Of a stretch of DNA of 64,000 nt, positions 17,951 to 26,783 are shown one piece after another (the stretch's first letter is position 1; the number at the start of each line of letters is the position of its first letter). The notes under the pieces are model-generated. The model saw only the letters and a list, made by a program, of their open reading frames with translations. It had not been told where the DNA came from and made no database searches. The stretch lies in IMG/VR virus record IMGVR_UViG_3300042400_000421, positions 1-64,000 of that record; one strand, written 5' to 3'. The DNA is from a virus. Made by a program: the position numbers and the translations under genes.

Positions 17951-18075
17951 TAGTTAATCCTTCCTTCTCTGTCTTTGTAAACGCTTTGTTCAAAACAAAC
18001 TGAACAAATATTATCTTCTGGTTCTTCTTCATAAACTGTTTCACAGTTATTACATTTATACATTCTATTATTCAT
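17950..18075 (-). CDS. small zinc-ribbon protein
   Basis: YKCNNC...CSVC; start reassigned to MNNRMY. Confidence 0.55.
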   Translation of the reverse strand: MNNRMYKCNNCETVYEEEPEDNICSVCFEQSVYKDREGRIN

Positions 18076-18322
18076 CCTCTTCAGCATCTTCATCAAGATC
18101 TGCAAACATTTCATTCCAACAATGAGAATGAGTTCCACTAATCATAAACTCTCTATCTTCTTTTGGCATATTTGGATATACATCTTGAATGTATTCCTCA
18201 TTTATAAACAATCTTTTGTATTCTTCATAAGAGATACGAAAACTGCTTTCTTCTTCACAATGGAAACAGGTTCTATTAAACCCATAAGTATTGTCATCTA
18301 TAAGGTAAACATTAGCTCTCAT
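18068..18322 (-). CDS. hypothetical phage protein
   Basis: CFHC...IQDVYP...REFMISGTHSHCW. Confidence 0.7.
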   Translation of the reverse strand: MRANVYLIDDNTYGFNRTCFHCEEESSFRISYEEYKRLFINEEYIQDVYPNMPKEDREFMISGTHSHCWNEMFADLDEDAEEDE

Positions 18323-18576
18323 TTTACTGCTATCTTTCTTTTAAATAATTCCGGATTTTTCTTTTCAAGTTCATCATATGGGTTATACCACCATTCATCA
18401 TATGATGCTACAAATGGATTAATTAGTAATTCAACAAAACAATGAACTTGTTCTGCTCTCGCAACTGTTCTATAAAACAAATCTAATTCGTCATAGCTAT
18501 CAAATGGACCAAAAAATACTCTATCTGTTGATCTAACATGATGCAATATCCATTGATATTTTGGTTTATTGTTCAT
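18319..18576 (-). CDS. hypothetical protein
   Basis: FFGPFDS motif; coupled. Confidence 0.65.
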   Translation of the reverse strand: MNNKPKYQWILHHVRSTDRVFFGPFDSYDELDLFYRTVARAEQVHCFVELLINPFVASYDEWWYNPYDELEKKNPELFKRKIAVK

Positions 18577-18865
18577 TTTGTTTCCTTGATACTACAACCT
18601 TAGCTTCATATGAAACACTTGCTGAAGGATTATCATAAGCCAAAGACCCTGGCTTAGCTTTAGATATAACTGGTAGTTCATCTCTATGAATATAGATAAC
18701 TGCACCATTGATTTCAATATCTAATCGATATCCTTCATACCCAATAAAATCAGCAATTGCTTCTTCTACTGTATCAAAAAATGTAACTACACCATTTTGA
18801 TTTCTTGTTGCGTATGGAGTATCTTTCATAAGATATTCCTCTGGGATTTCGTCAATCATTTTCAT
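18566..18865 (-). CDS. hypothetical protein
   Basis: 99 aa, coupled. Confidence 0.65.
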   Translation of the reverse strand: MKMIDEIPEEYLMKDTPYATRNQNGVVTFFDTVEEAIADFIGYEGYRLDIEINGAVIYIHRDELPVISKAKPGSLAYDNPSASVSYEAKVVVSRKQNEQ

Positions 18866-19109
18866 TCTCCATTGTGTAATCGTTTGTTACATCTTCATTG
18901 ATCATAAAGACTCTTTCTTTCATTTTTTGTTCAATACATTCATCACAAATCCAAATAAGCATTTGAGAAAGATCAAATTTAGAACCATAACCACCTTCAA
19001 CCAAAACTTCAATTGCGTCATTTATCTCCATTAAAGAACTCTTTCCAAATGTTAAATAAGTAATTTGTTTTCCACAAGAAAAACAAGGACATACTGTAAC
19101 CATTTCCAT
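18852..19109 (-). CDS. zinc-binding hypothetical protein
   Basis: CFSCG...GYGSKFD...ICDEC. Confidence 0.7.
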   Translation of the reverse strand: MEMVTVCPCFSCGKQITYLTFGKSSLMEINDAIEVLVEGGYGSKFDLSQMLIWICDECIEQKMKERVFMINEDVTNDYTMENEND

Positions 19110-19477
19110 TATTTGACCTCCAAATACTCAGGGAATTTTTTATAAAACAAAAATGTTCTAATCTGATACAACATCATTTGATGTACATAGTTAGAAGCAA
19201 TGCCCATTTTTATTGCACTGCCTACTCTTTTGTTTTGACTAAGGTTTTTAATTGCAGAGTCTTTAACTCTTTGTGCATAAAAACATTCTCTATCTTTTTT
19301 GATATGAAAAGAATTAATTGTTTTAACAATTTCTTTTCCAATTGTTTTATTTCCAGATTTTGAATTAACTCCATAATCAGCAGAAAGGAAAACTTTAATT
19401 TCGTCTTCCTTCAATTGATATGAAACAAAATCGGGGTGTATTGACAATTGATAATTTGTAAATTCTTCATAATCCAT
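19109..19477 (-). CDS. hypothetical protein
   Basis: 122 aa, coupled. Confidence 0.65.
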   Translation of the reverse strand: MDYEEFTNYQLSIHPDFVSYQLKEDEIKVFLSADYGVNSKSGNKTIGKEIVKTINSFHIKKDRECFYAQRVKDSAIKNLSQNKRVGSAIKMGIASNYVHQMMLYQIRTFLFYKKFPEYLEVK

Positions 19478-19480
19478 TAT

Positions 19481-19711
19481 TTAATCTCCTGTTTGTAACA
19501 TATCTGCTCTAACATTTAAGTCTCGCAGTTCGCTTTTCTTTATCCAAAAGTAATTGCATTTATGCAATAATGCCGGAGTATAAACTTTACGAAATTCTCT
19601 TTCTCTTTCGTCAAGTCCAATACGATTACATACTTCATCTAGGCAGTAATCATAACCAGCTTCATATCTTTCTTCAATGAATTCACATTGACAAAATCTA
19701 CAATTTGCCAT
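19481..19711 (-). CDS. zinc-finger hypothetical protein
   Basis: CRFC...RYEAGYDYCL..C...LHK. Confidence 0.7.
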   Translation of the reverse strand: MANCRFCQCEFIEERYEAGYDYCLDEVCNRIGLDEREREFRKVYTPALLHKCNYFWIKKSELRDLNVRADMLQTGD

Positions 19712-19878
19712 ACTTTTCCTTATACTTAATTAATTCTTCGGTATTGTTTTGATGCTGAACCATAAGTTTATTTATAAGTTCTTTCTGAACATCAACAATC
19801 TTTTTTATTGTTTTAATTTTATCTTCTAAAGAAGTAATCATCATTGTGTATATTACTTCATCACTATTTACGTTCATT

Positions 19879-20142
19879 TTACCAATCTACCTTAATTGTT
19901 ACAAATGTCTTATCTTTTGACATTTTTTTCTGAATGTGTATGTTATTATAAAAAGCTGAGTTTTCAATAATTTTAATTACTTCCCTTACTCCCTCAATTG
20001 TCGCAGACAATACTGGAATTTCTATTTTTTCTCCATACCTGATATTTGAGACAGTCTTATGAATGCTCTTTTCTAGATCTGTTTCAAATCTAAGTTTTTC
20101 TTTTTTCTCGCTAAAATGTCCGATTTTATTTACTACTTGCAT
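19879..20142 (-). CDS. hypothetical protein
   Basis: GGAGG RBS; 87 aa. Confidence 0.7.
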   Translation of the reverse strand: MQVVNKIGHFSEKKEKLRFETDLEKSIHKTVSNIRYGEKIEIPVLSATIEGVREVIKIIENSAFYNNIHIQKKMSKDKTFVTIKVDW

Positions 20143-20157
20143 TGTTCCTCCAAATGG

Positions 20158-20185
20158 AAAAGGGATAGCATTTGCTATCCCTTTT
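20158..20185. terminator. palindromic (bidirectional) terminator
   Basis: AAAAGGGATAGCA-TT-TGCTATCCCTTTT. Confidence 0.7.
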
Positions 20186-20211
20186 GTTAATATTTTTCTT
20201 TCTTTATGGTG

Positions 20212-20592
20212 CTAATTATTAGATACTTCTTCAAACGAAAAAGAAGGCTCAATTATTTGCAAAAGCATTTCGCCATCGCAATCTTGAACAATTTCATATT
20301 TATTTTCTGTAATCAAAATACCTAACATTTCTAATTGATACATACGCAATTCATCACGATATTCTTTAAGTAATACCCTGGTCAAATCGTAATCATCAAT
20401 GTCAATCAATTTCAAATTCTTGATACTTTTACGAATGTGAATACGAGCTAATGCCATAGTCAATTCTGTTCCTGCATCATTACCCCAATATGTTCTATCC
20501 TCTAATCTGCTATCAAATAGCGAAGGAGTTTTTTTAGTTCTAGGTGAAGTTGAATACTCAATTTCACTCTCATCTATAAACTCAAAATCCAT
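20212..20592 (-). CDS. hypothetical protein
   Basis: MDFEFIDESEIEY start; 126 aa. Confidence 0.7.
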   Translation of the reverse strand: MDFEFIDESEIEYSTSPRTKKTPSLFDSRLEDRTYWGNDAGTELTMALARIHIRKSIKNLKLIDIDDYDLTRVLLKEYRDELRMYQLEMLGILITENKYEIVQDCDGEMLLQIIEPSFSFEEVSNN

Positions 20593-20793
20593 CTATTTTA
20601 CCATACCTTTCTCAGTTACTTTTTTATGATTAATAATAAGATCAATAAGAATTATTAGGCGTTGTGTATTATAACTTTCACCACCAATAATACCTCTTTC
20701 TTTTTGCTGTTGTATTTTATCAAGTTGCATCATAGCAATTTCAAAAACACTTGTATTTTCAATATTTGTTTCCAATTTATTGTCCTTTCTCAT
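20593..20793 (-). CDS. hypothetical protein
   Basis: Start MRKDNK. Confidence 0.55.
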   Translation of the reverse strand: MRKDNKLETNIENTSVFEIAMMQLDKIQQQKERGIIGGESYNTQRLIILIDLIINHKKVTEKGMVK

Positions 20794-21211
20794 TTTTTGT
20801 ATTATATTCTTCAGGAAAAGCACCAGCAGAAGTCACAGTAGAACTTATATTTATACTTTCACCATCAGAAAACTTTGCAACATTTGTAATACTTGCACCA
20901 GTAACAGAACGCATACCTGAACGCCTAACTCTCATTGCACGTCTTTTCATAACTGTATCTGAACCATCAGGATAAACAATAGCAATAGCAGTTTCACCTT
21001 CTAATTTTCTGCGATAAGCCCTCATAAAACGCAAAGCAGAACCTGCATCTATTCTACGACCTGTATCTGTAACAAATACATAACGTATTCCCATATTTTC
21101 GGTAATTGTAATAAAATCTACAATCTTACCGAAATCTTTTACGCCATTAGATAATTGAGTGCCAAGCAAAGCAATTACCCTATCTTGATAAATATCATTT
21201 GAGGAAGTCAT
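20777..21211 (-). CDS. basic hypothetical protein (first early gene)
   Basis: 144 aa, Arg-rich; first ORF after the non-coding junction. Confidence 0.7.
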   Translation of the reverse strand: MTSSNDIYQDRVIALLGTQLSNGVKDFGKIVDFITITENMGIRYVFVTDTGRRIDAGSALRFMRAYRRKLEGETAIAIVYPDGSDTVMKRRAMRVRRSGMRSVTGASITNVAKFSDGESINISSTVTSAGAFPEEYNTKNEKGQ

Positions 21212-21414
21212 ATCCCAACCTTATCTTTTATGCTATGAATTATGACGTGCAATTCCCAACATAATTGTTGAGAAATGTATGTCATATTGCTAGGCTATCG
21301 GTTAGGAATTAGATTACCAACCTCGGGAATTATATTTCTTTTGAAAAATTCAACGTAGCAATCAATCGGTAGAAAAGGGATCGGAATATCTATAATTTTT
21401 TATATAAAAAAAAG

Positions 21415-21517
21415 AGCTAAAAGATCAGGCCGCGGGGGGCGTGTAATTTTAGCTTAATTCGTGCTGTGTAATTTTAGCAATTCTTTGATGCAATACACAC
21501 CCTGCAATATTTTAGCA
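21415..21517. repeat. GC island flanked by TTTTAGC direct/inverted repeats (candidate packaging/terminus site)
   Basis: AGCTAAAA 21415-21422 / TTTTAGCT 21447-21454 flank GGCCGCGGGGGGC; GTGTAATTTTAGC at 21441 and 21466; ATTTTAGCA ending at 21517. Confidence 0.45.
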
Positions 21518-21587
21518 AATAATGCACAAATTTTAATATATTTTTGCAACCCTATATGGGTTTTATGGAAAATACCAAAAAGGTAAA

Positions 21588-22409
21588 CTATTCCGGAGTT
21601 TCAATATCCTGTGAGTTATTCACTAAGAAATCAATTAATTTACCTGTATATTTCATGCGGCCTAAATGTGTTAATTCAATAGATGGGTCAGTCCAAATGT
21701 CACCATTCATCTTTTGCCAATAACGACAAAATCCATAATCCTCAGATAAGAACCTTTGATCTTCATCAACATAAGAATTAAACAAAGCATAGCCATACTT
21801 TCTTTCTTCCTCATTAAGCAAGCCTGTATCGTCAGTGTATTGTAATTCAGGATACTCTTCAAACATCTTCTCAAATACGCTACGCTTTATCAACATAAAA
21901 CCAGTACCAGCATCATGAACAGATATCGCACCTTTATCAACACGAATTTTTGAATCAGCAAAGCGAACTGGATTGACAACAAATCTGATACTTGAGTCTA
22001 ACAACTTATCTGATTCAATTCCATTCTTTACTGCATTTGAAACTTTATCCCAGTTAATATCCTTTATGGGATAAGCTCCTGTCATAATTTCTTTATCGTG
22101 CCATAGCATTTTTAAAATGTCATCTGGATTAAAAGATAAATCAACATCAATAAACATTAAGTGCGTGTATTCTTTATTAGCCATAAATTTAGCAACTAAT
22201 TGGTTTCTCGCCCGGCTAATCAAAGAGTCAGACAATGTACTAACAGAAAACTTAAGGCCAATCTCTTTAAAACCAATTGCCGTTTTTAAAAACGACATAA
22301 AAAATGGTTCTGTTAGTTGTTGATCATAACAAGGCAAAGCAAAAAGCGGATGCCAACCATTTATTTCATCAGATGTAATTTCAATTTCTTGTTCTTCAGT
22401 TGTAAGCAT
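21588..22409 (-). CDS. GT-A fold glycosyltransferase-like protein
   Basis: SLISRARNQLV, THLMFIDVD (DxD), GTGFMLIKR, LSEDYGFC; start MLTTEE. Confidence 0.8.
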   Translation of the reverse strand: MLTTEEQEIEITSDEINGWHPLFALPCYDQQLTEPFFMSFLKTAIGFKEIGLKFSVSTLSDSLISRARNQLVAKFMANKEYTHLMFIDVDLSFNPDDILKMLWHDKEIMTGAYPIKDINWDKVSNAVKNGIESDKLLDSSIRFVVNPVRFADSKIRVDKGAISVHDAGTGFMLIKRSVFEKMFEEYPELQYTDDTGLLNEEERKYGYALFNSYVDEDQRFLSEDYGFCRYWQKMNGDIWTDPSIELTHLGRMKYTGKLIDFLVNNSQDIETPE

Positions 22410-22425
22410 ATAAATAAGTATACAC

Positions 22426-22457
22426 AAAAAAAACCCCCTGCGTTTCCGCAAGGGGTT
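22426..22457 (-). terminator. rho-independent terminator
   Basis: AACCCCTTGCG-GAAA-CGCAGGGGGTT followed by a T run. Confidence 0.8.
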
Positions 22458-22483
22458 CTTTTCGCAATTATTTTAGCTAATAA

Positions 22484-22822
22484 TTACTTAGATACTGTTT
22501 TTTCTTTTGGCTTAACACCGGCAACTTCTTTTGCGTTTACTGATGCTGTTTCAGTTACATCAGCACTAGCCTTGAAGAAAAGAGTGTTATCATTCGCATC
22601 AAAACGGATAACAATATTATAACCCAATTTCTTAGCCTGAGCACGAATACGCTGTTGCATTGAATTGTAAGCCTTACCTTTTTCAATTCCCTTAATGCAA
22701 AACTTATCGCCAGTCTTTACCGACATATCAAGGGCTTCAATAATCATTTTCAATTCTTCTGACACTCTGCCTGAGCGAGAGATTTCAGGGAAGTTATCTA
22801 CTTTTTGAATATTAATTGACAT
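22484..22822 (-). CDS. basic hypothetical protein, possibly DNA-binding
   Basis: Start MSINIQ after AAGGA; own -10 (TGT-TATAGT near 22881) and terminator. Confidence 0.7.
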   Translation of the reverse strand: MSINIQKVDNFPEISRSGRVSEELKMIIEALDMSVKTGDKFCIKGIEKGKAYNSMQQRIRAQAKKLGYNIVIRFDANDNTLFFKASADVTETASVNAKEVAGVKPKEKTVSK

Positions 22823-22960
22823 TTTAATTTTTCCTTTTGTTATATGGATTGTGAGTAGGTCGCCCAACTCGTTGAAGATAACTATAACAGCACCACAACA
22901 AGAAAGATGCTCGTTTGCAGGATTTCTTTTAAAAAATGTTTTGCCCAGGATTATTCATGA

Positions 22961-23173
22961 TTAAAATGTCTCAGTATTAATTTTAGAGTTTACATGATCA
23001 TTTTCATGTGTATGTTCACTCATATCTTGTAGCGCATTTTGCAGCTTTTGAATTGCTAATCTGCTTGCCGTTAATTCAAAGTTTAGGCTAGCAATTTGCT
23101 TATTCAATTCTACAACTATATCTTCAAGAGTAACTTGAAGGCTATTCTGAGTATTTACAGTAGTTCTATCCAT
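22961..23173 (-). CDS. small coiled-coil protein
   Basis: GGAGGAGG RBS; heptad pattern. Confidence 0.7.
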   Translation of the reverse strand: MDRTTVNTQNSLQVTLEDIVVELNKQIASLNFELTASRLAIQKLQNALQDMSEHTHENDHVNSKINTETF

Positions 23174-24888
23174 TTGTCCACCTCCTCCTTATTCATAGTG
23201 TTTACATCAATAAATTCTTTTGTTTCTTTATGGAGCATATAAACTTTACCTTCATCATCAAAATCGTCATCCATTTCAAAATCAATACTTGGAGTCAATA
23301 CTTCAATCTCCAATTCTGCATTAACGGCAATATGATCTAAAGAATTATACACAGCTCCGGCTAATGCATCAGCCAAGTCTTTTGAGCCAGTAGAAGGGTG
23401 ATCAATTTTGTTATTTCCATAAAGTTTTAATTTGAGAAGTTCTTCTTCAACTAATAGTTCATTCCAATAACCACGCAATCTTGTATCATACATACAAGAC
23501 ATTAATGTATCATAATCGGTTTTCTTAACGCTGTGAAAGTCTGAATTAATTCCCATACTTCTAAGACTCTGAATCATTTCAATAGATTGCCAACGGTCAA
23601 ATGTAACTAATCCAACATCAAATTTCCTATGCAAATCAACAATCATTTGTCTAATAGATGCAAAGTTAATTTCAGCACCAACCGTTGCTTCCCAAGAGTA
23701 AACTAAATCAACATTAATAATAGGAAGTTGCTCTACACCCATAGAGGTTTTAATTTCTTTAAAACCGGCACAATGTGACATACAAAGAGCAGCCCTATCT
23801 CGCTTTAATGCTAAGTCAACATGAATAAATCTTGTATGCCCATCACTATTATTAAACCAACTTTTAAAAGTTCCATCTTCATTCATAGGATCTTCACGAT
23901 ACATAAAAGCTTTTCTAACTTGATCTGCATCTCTAAAGTATGCATCTTCCATATTCGGTGGTTCACATTCAAATCTAGCTCTAGCCTGAATAGGATTACG
24001 AATATATTCTGATTCTAATTGTTCTCTCTTAATCGTAGGATTAACTTCCCAAGTAGCAGCTTTCATTGACCAAGTTTTTGGCTCTTTATTATTTCTAGAA
24101 TCAAAATACCTCTGTTGAATAAAGTCACCTTTATAGCGAGGGAATGACAAAAGAATAACTTTGCCGACTTCTGGGAAACGAGACATAACAGATAACTTAC
24201 TCATATTGTAAATAGCAGAAGCAGAACCTTTTGATCTTGTTTCTCCTTTTAATTCCACATCTGTTTTAAAAGCTGCAATCTCATCCAAAATGATAGTCAT
24301 AACTTCATAACCTTCCCAACCTTCACTTTCAGAGTGACCAGAGAAGCATCTAACAGGTCTACTAAAGAAAAAGATTTCTGAAACTCTTGGCTCAAATCCA
24401 ACTTCATTAAAGAATGGAGAACCTAGCAATAAGTTCTTGAAAGGCTCAAAGAAAACTCTTTGCGCTTGCTGTGCATTAACAGCAAGGTTTAGCAAGTCAA
24501 TATACACACCTTTTGCTTTACCGTAGTAACCAAGAGGATCTCTTAAGCAATGCATTAGATAGGCCGTATAAGCCATTGATATACGAGCGCAATGGTCTTT
24601 ACCAGAACCTTTTCCTAACATACAGATTACTTCGTTATCAGTATATTTATCGTAATAGTCTGAACCTTCCTGTTCCCCCATCAAATGTTGCAATGTAGTT
24701 TTTTTAAAAATTTGTGTGGAATGGCGAACAATTTCTAATTGAATAGGCGATAATGGTGGTAAGCCAAGGTAATGTTGATCTTGAACAAATTGTTCTATTG
24801 ATACTGGTTCCATAGTGAATTCATCTTTGCTAAGCAATCTCTCAAAGTCAGCCAAATCTAAATTCATACCCATAAAATCAGACATCAT
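23155..24888 (-). CDS. terL: terminase large subunit
   Basis: Walker A GKGSGKD, Walker B IILDEI, nuclease HVDLA...TFDRW...DHP.TGSKDLADA. Confidence 0.9.
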   Translation of the reverse strand: MMSDFMGMNLDLADFERLLSKDEFTMEPVSIEQFVQDQHYLGLPPLSPIQLEIVRHSTQIFKKTTLQHLMGEQEGSDYYDKYTDNEVICMLGKGSGKDHCARISMAYTAYLMHCLRDPLGYYGKAKGVYIDLLNLAVNAQQAQRVFFEPFKNLLLGSPFFNEVGFEPRVSEIFFFSRPVRCFSGHSESEGWEGYEVMTIILDEIAAFKTDVELKGETRSKGSASAIYNMSKLSVMSRFPEVGKVILLSFPRYKGDFIQQRYFDSRNNKEPKTWSMKAATWEVNPTIKREQLESEYIRNPIQARARFECEPPNMEDAYFRDADQVRKAFMYREDPMNEDGTFKSWFNNSDGHTRFIHVDLALKRDRAALCMSHCAGFKEIKTSMGVEQLPIINVDLVYSWEATVGAEINFASIRQMIVDLHRKFDVGLVTFDRWQSIEMIQSLRSMGINSDFHSVKKTDYDTLMSCMYDTRLRGYWNELLVEEELLKLKLYGNNKIDHPSTGSKDLADALAGAVYNSLDHIAVNAELEIEVLTPSIDFEMDDDFDDEGKVYMLHKETKEFIDVNTMNKEEVDKWIELL

Positions 24889-25510
24889 TTACACCTTTAT
24901 GGGCGACTGTTTCGGTGACCTTGTTTTCTGTGTCAGAAATTACCTCTGCATCTTGTATATCTTCATCTGCAGATTTCATAATGTCAAAGGCTACAGCGAG
25001 TTCTCTTCTTACCTCATCAGCAATGTTTGGATACTTAGATATAACATCTCTCAAAATCTTAGAAAGAATCTGATTAACATTCTCAGCCTTCTGCATTCGG
25101 GCAATGTAATCGTTATCGCCAGAAACACCACTCATTAATTTATGAAGTTGTGCTTTTTTATTTGCAATCTCTGAGGCTAATTTAAGTGCTTGAATTCTTG
25201 CCGGAACCATTCCATGATCTGTCGCAATATTGACAGTCTCCCAAGCCTCCTTGCTTAACTGGTCAAATTCCTGAAGGGCTTTGATTGTATTAAATTGGAT
25301 TCTTTCAAGAAAATAAGGGTCATCATCAGCCTGCTTATTTAGTATTTTTTTGTACTCTTGAATGTACTCTTTTGCTTCGGTTACTTTTAATGAAAGAAGT
25401 GTTGCAATTTCGTGGTGAGAATATCCTTTAACAAATAAAAGACCTACTTCCTCAACTTTACGCAACTTATCAATCATGCTGTAATTGCTTGCTGGTTCAA
25501 TATTTGACAT
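24878..25510 (-). CDS. putative terminase small subunit / HTH protein
   Basis: N-terminal HTH-like GYSHHEIATLL; helical body; immediately upstream of and overlapping terL. Confidence 0.6.
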   Translation of the reverse strand: MSNIEPASNYSMIDKLRKVEEVGLLFVKGYSHHEIATLLSLKVTEAKEYIQEYKKILNKQADDDPYFLERIQFNTIKALQEFDQLSKEAWETVNIATDHGMVPARIQALKLASEIANKKAQLHKLMSGVSGDNDYIARMQKAENVNQILSKILRDVISKYPNIADEVRRELAVAFDIMKSADEDIQDAEVISDTENKVTETVAHKGVNDV

Positions 25511-25541
25511 AATCTATAGTTTATCACACTAATGTAGAAAT

Positions 25542-25570
25542 AAAAGCGAAAAGCCCCGCCGAAGCGAGGC
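25542..25570 (-). terminator. rho-independent terminator
   Basis: GCCTCGC-TTCG-GCGGGGC-TTTTCGCTTTT (cUUCGg loop). Confidence 0.8.
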
Positions 25571-25588
25571 AATTCACCATTATGTCTT

Positions 25589-25675
25589 TTACTGAGAAAC
25601 AACTCGGTAAATTGTGAGCTTGTCGGTTTGCGAGAAAACGACAAAAGTTTCTTGTACTTGTACTGGGTGATTCAT
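25589..25675 (-). CDS. leaderless 28-aa peptide (or small RNA)
   Basis: MNHPVQVQETFVVFSQTDKLTIYRVVSQ*; TGG-TATGAT ends 6 nt before the ATG; own terminator. Confidence 0.5.
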   Translation of the reverse strand: MNHPVQVQETFVVFSQTDKLTIYRVVSQ

Positions 25676-25737
25676 ACTCTTATCATACCACTCTTTGAAC
25701 AGTTATTAGGCCGTTTGTTTTGTTTATATAAAAATTA

Positions 25738-26490
25738 TTAATCTTCTTTAAAACCCAATTTGTCATCATTTTTTGTAGCAAATGATTCAAGTTCTTTATA
25801 ATCATATCCATGCATTTTAGTGAATGTTAATCGATAGTTATACCATCCTCTAACACCTTCCCAAAATCTTTGGTCAGTCTCGTCAGATAAAGCTGCCAAT
25901 TCATCACTCGTTAAAAGAAAACTTAACACTCCTAATGGCATATAAACAACGCTGTTATATGTTGGATCTTTATCCTCACCATATTCCTGAAGTAAGTCTT
26001 GGAACTGTTTAATAATCTTAGAAACGCCATCTCCGGAATAATGGTCAACCTGTCCATAGGCATTTCTTATTCTTGGGCAATAATCATCAACATTAGTGAT
26101 AGTGCCAAATGTTCTACAGACCATTGGGCGGTATCCATAGATTGTGCAACCACCCTTATAGAAAGCACAATGGCGTTTGGTTTCACCATCAGCTTGCCAG
26201 TCTTCATCATGCATTGCTTCTTTAAGGCTATCTATAACGCCCTGCATCCATTCATTAGCAAAGTCTTCACCTTGCCCCTCCATCTTTAAATAGAATTCCT
26301 GCGTCAGCCTGAAGGCAATGTTAGAACATTCTGCGAGAGGTATGCGTAATCCGATTACACAACACCCTCCAGAGCCTAAGCATTTAGATTCAGAACTATT
26401 CTGCTTTGCTTCAATAAATCTAACTTGGTTATATACCATATCTAATTTAGCAAAAGTCGTAATATCTTTAGAAGATACTGCTCTTTTCAT
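25738..26490 (-). CDS. YkgJ/FliB-like Cys-cluster (Zn or Fe-S) protein
   Basis: CLGSGGCC...CAFYKGGCTIYGYRPMVCRTFG. Confidence 0.75.
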   Translation of the reverse strand: MKRAVSSKDITTFAKLDMVYNQVRFIEAKQNSSESKCLGSGGCCVIGLRIPLAECSNIAFRLTQEFYLKMEGQGEDFANEWMQGVIDSLKEAMHDEDWQADGETKRHCAFYKGGCTIYGYRPMVCRTFGTITNVDDYCPRIRNAYGQVDHYSGDGVSKIIKQFQDLLQEYGEDKDPTYNSVVYMPLGVLSFLLTSDELAALSDETDQRFWEGVRGWYNYRLTFTKMHGYDYKELESFATKNDDKLGFKED

Positions 26491-26783
26491 TATAATTTTC
26501 CTCTTTTCTTTAAGTCATTTTGTTTGCGCATCTCTCTGCGTCTTTGTTCAACCATTTTTTGGGCTGGAGATCTTGGCACTTTTGCACGACCGGCACCTAA
26601 GTTGCGGCCTTTGCCTCTGTATTTTAAAAGCTCATACTTCTTACACCAGTTGTAAACAGTTTGAGGACTTGTCTTGATATTATAATTCTTTTCAAGGAGT
26701 TTGACAATATCTGTGAGATTCATTCTTTTAGTAACGTAGTGTTCATATAAAAAACTTTTATCTTTATAAGGTTCAAGACCCAT
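26490..26783 (-). CDS. HTH DNA-binding protein
   Basis: YKDKSFLYEHYVTKRMNLTDI...SPQTVYNW. Confidence 0.7.
   Translation of the reverse strand: MGLEPYKDKSFLYEHYVTKRMNLTDIVKLLEKNYNIKTSPQTVYNWCKKYELLKYRGKGRNLGAGRAKVPRSPAQKMVEQRRREMRKQNDLKKRGKL

Noticed and set aside
19879-22822. Paralogy between ORFs 19879-20142 and 22484-22822
   Set aside because: Similar size and pattern by eye only; too weak to claim without a profile alignment
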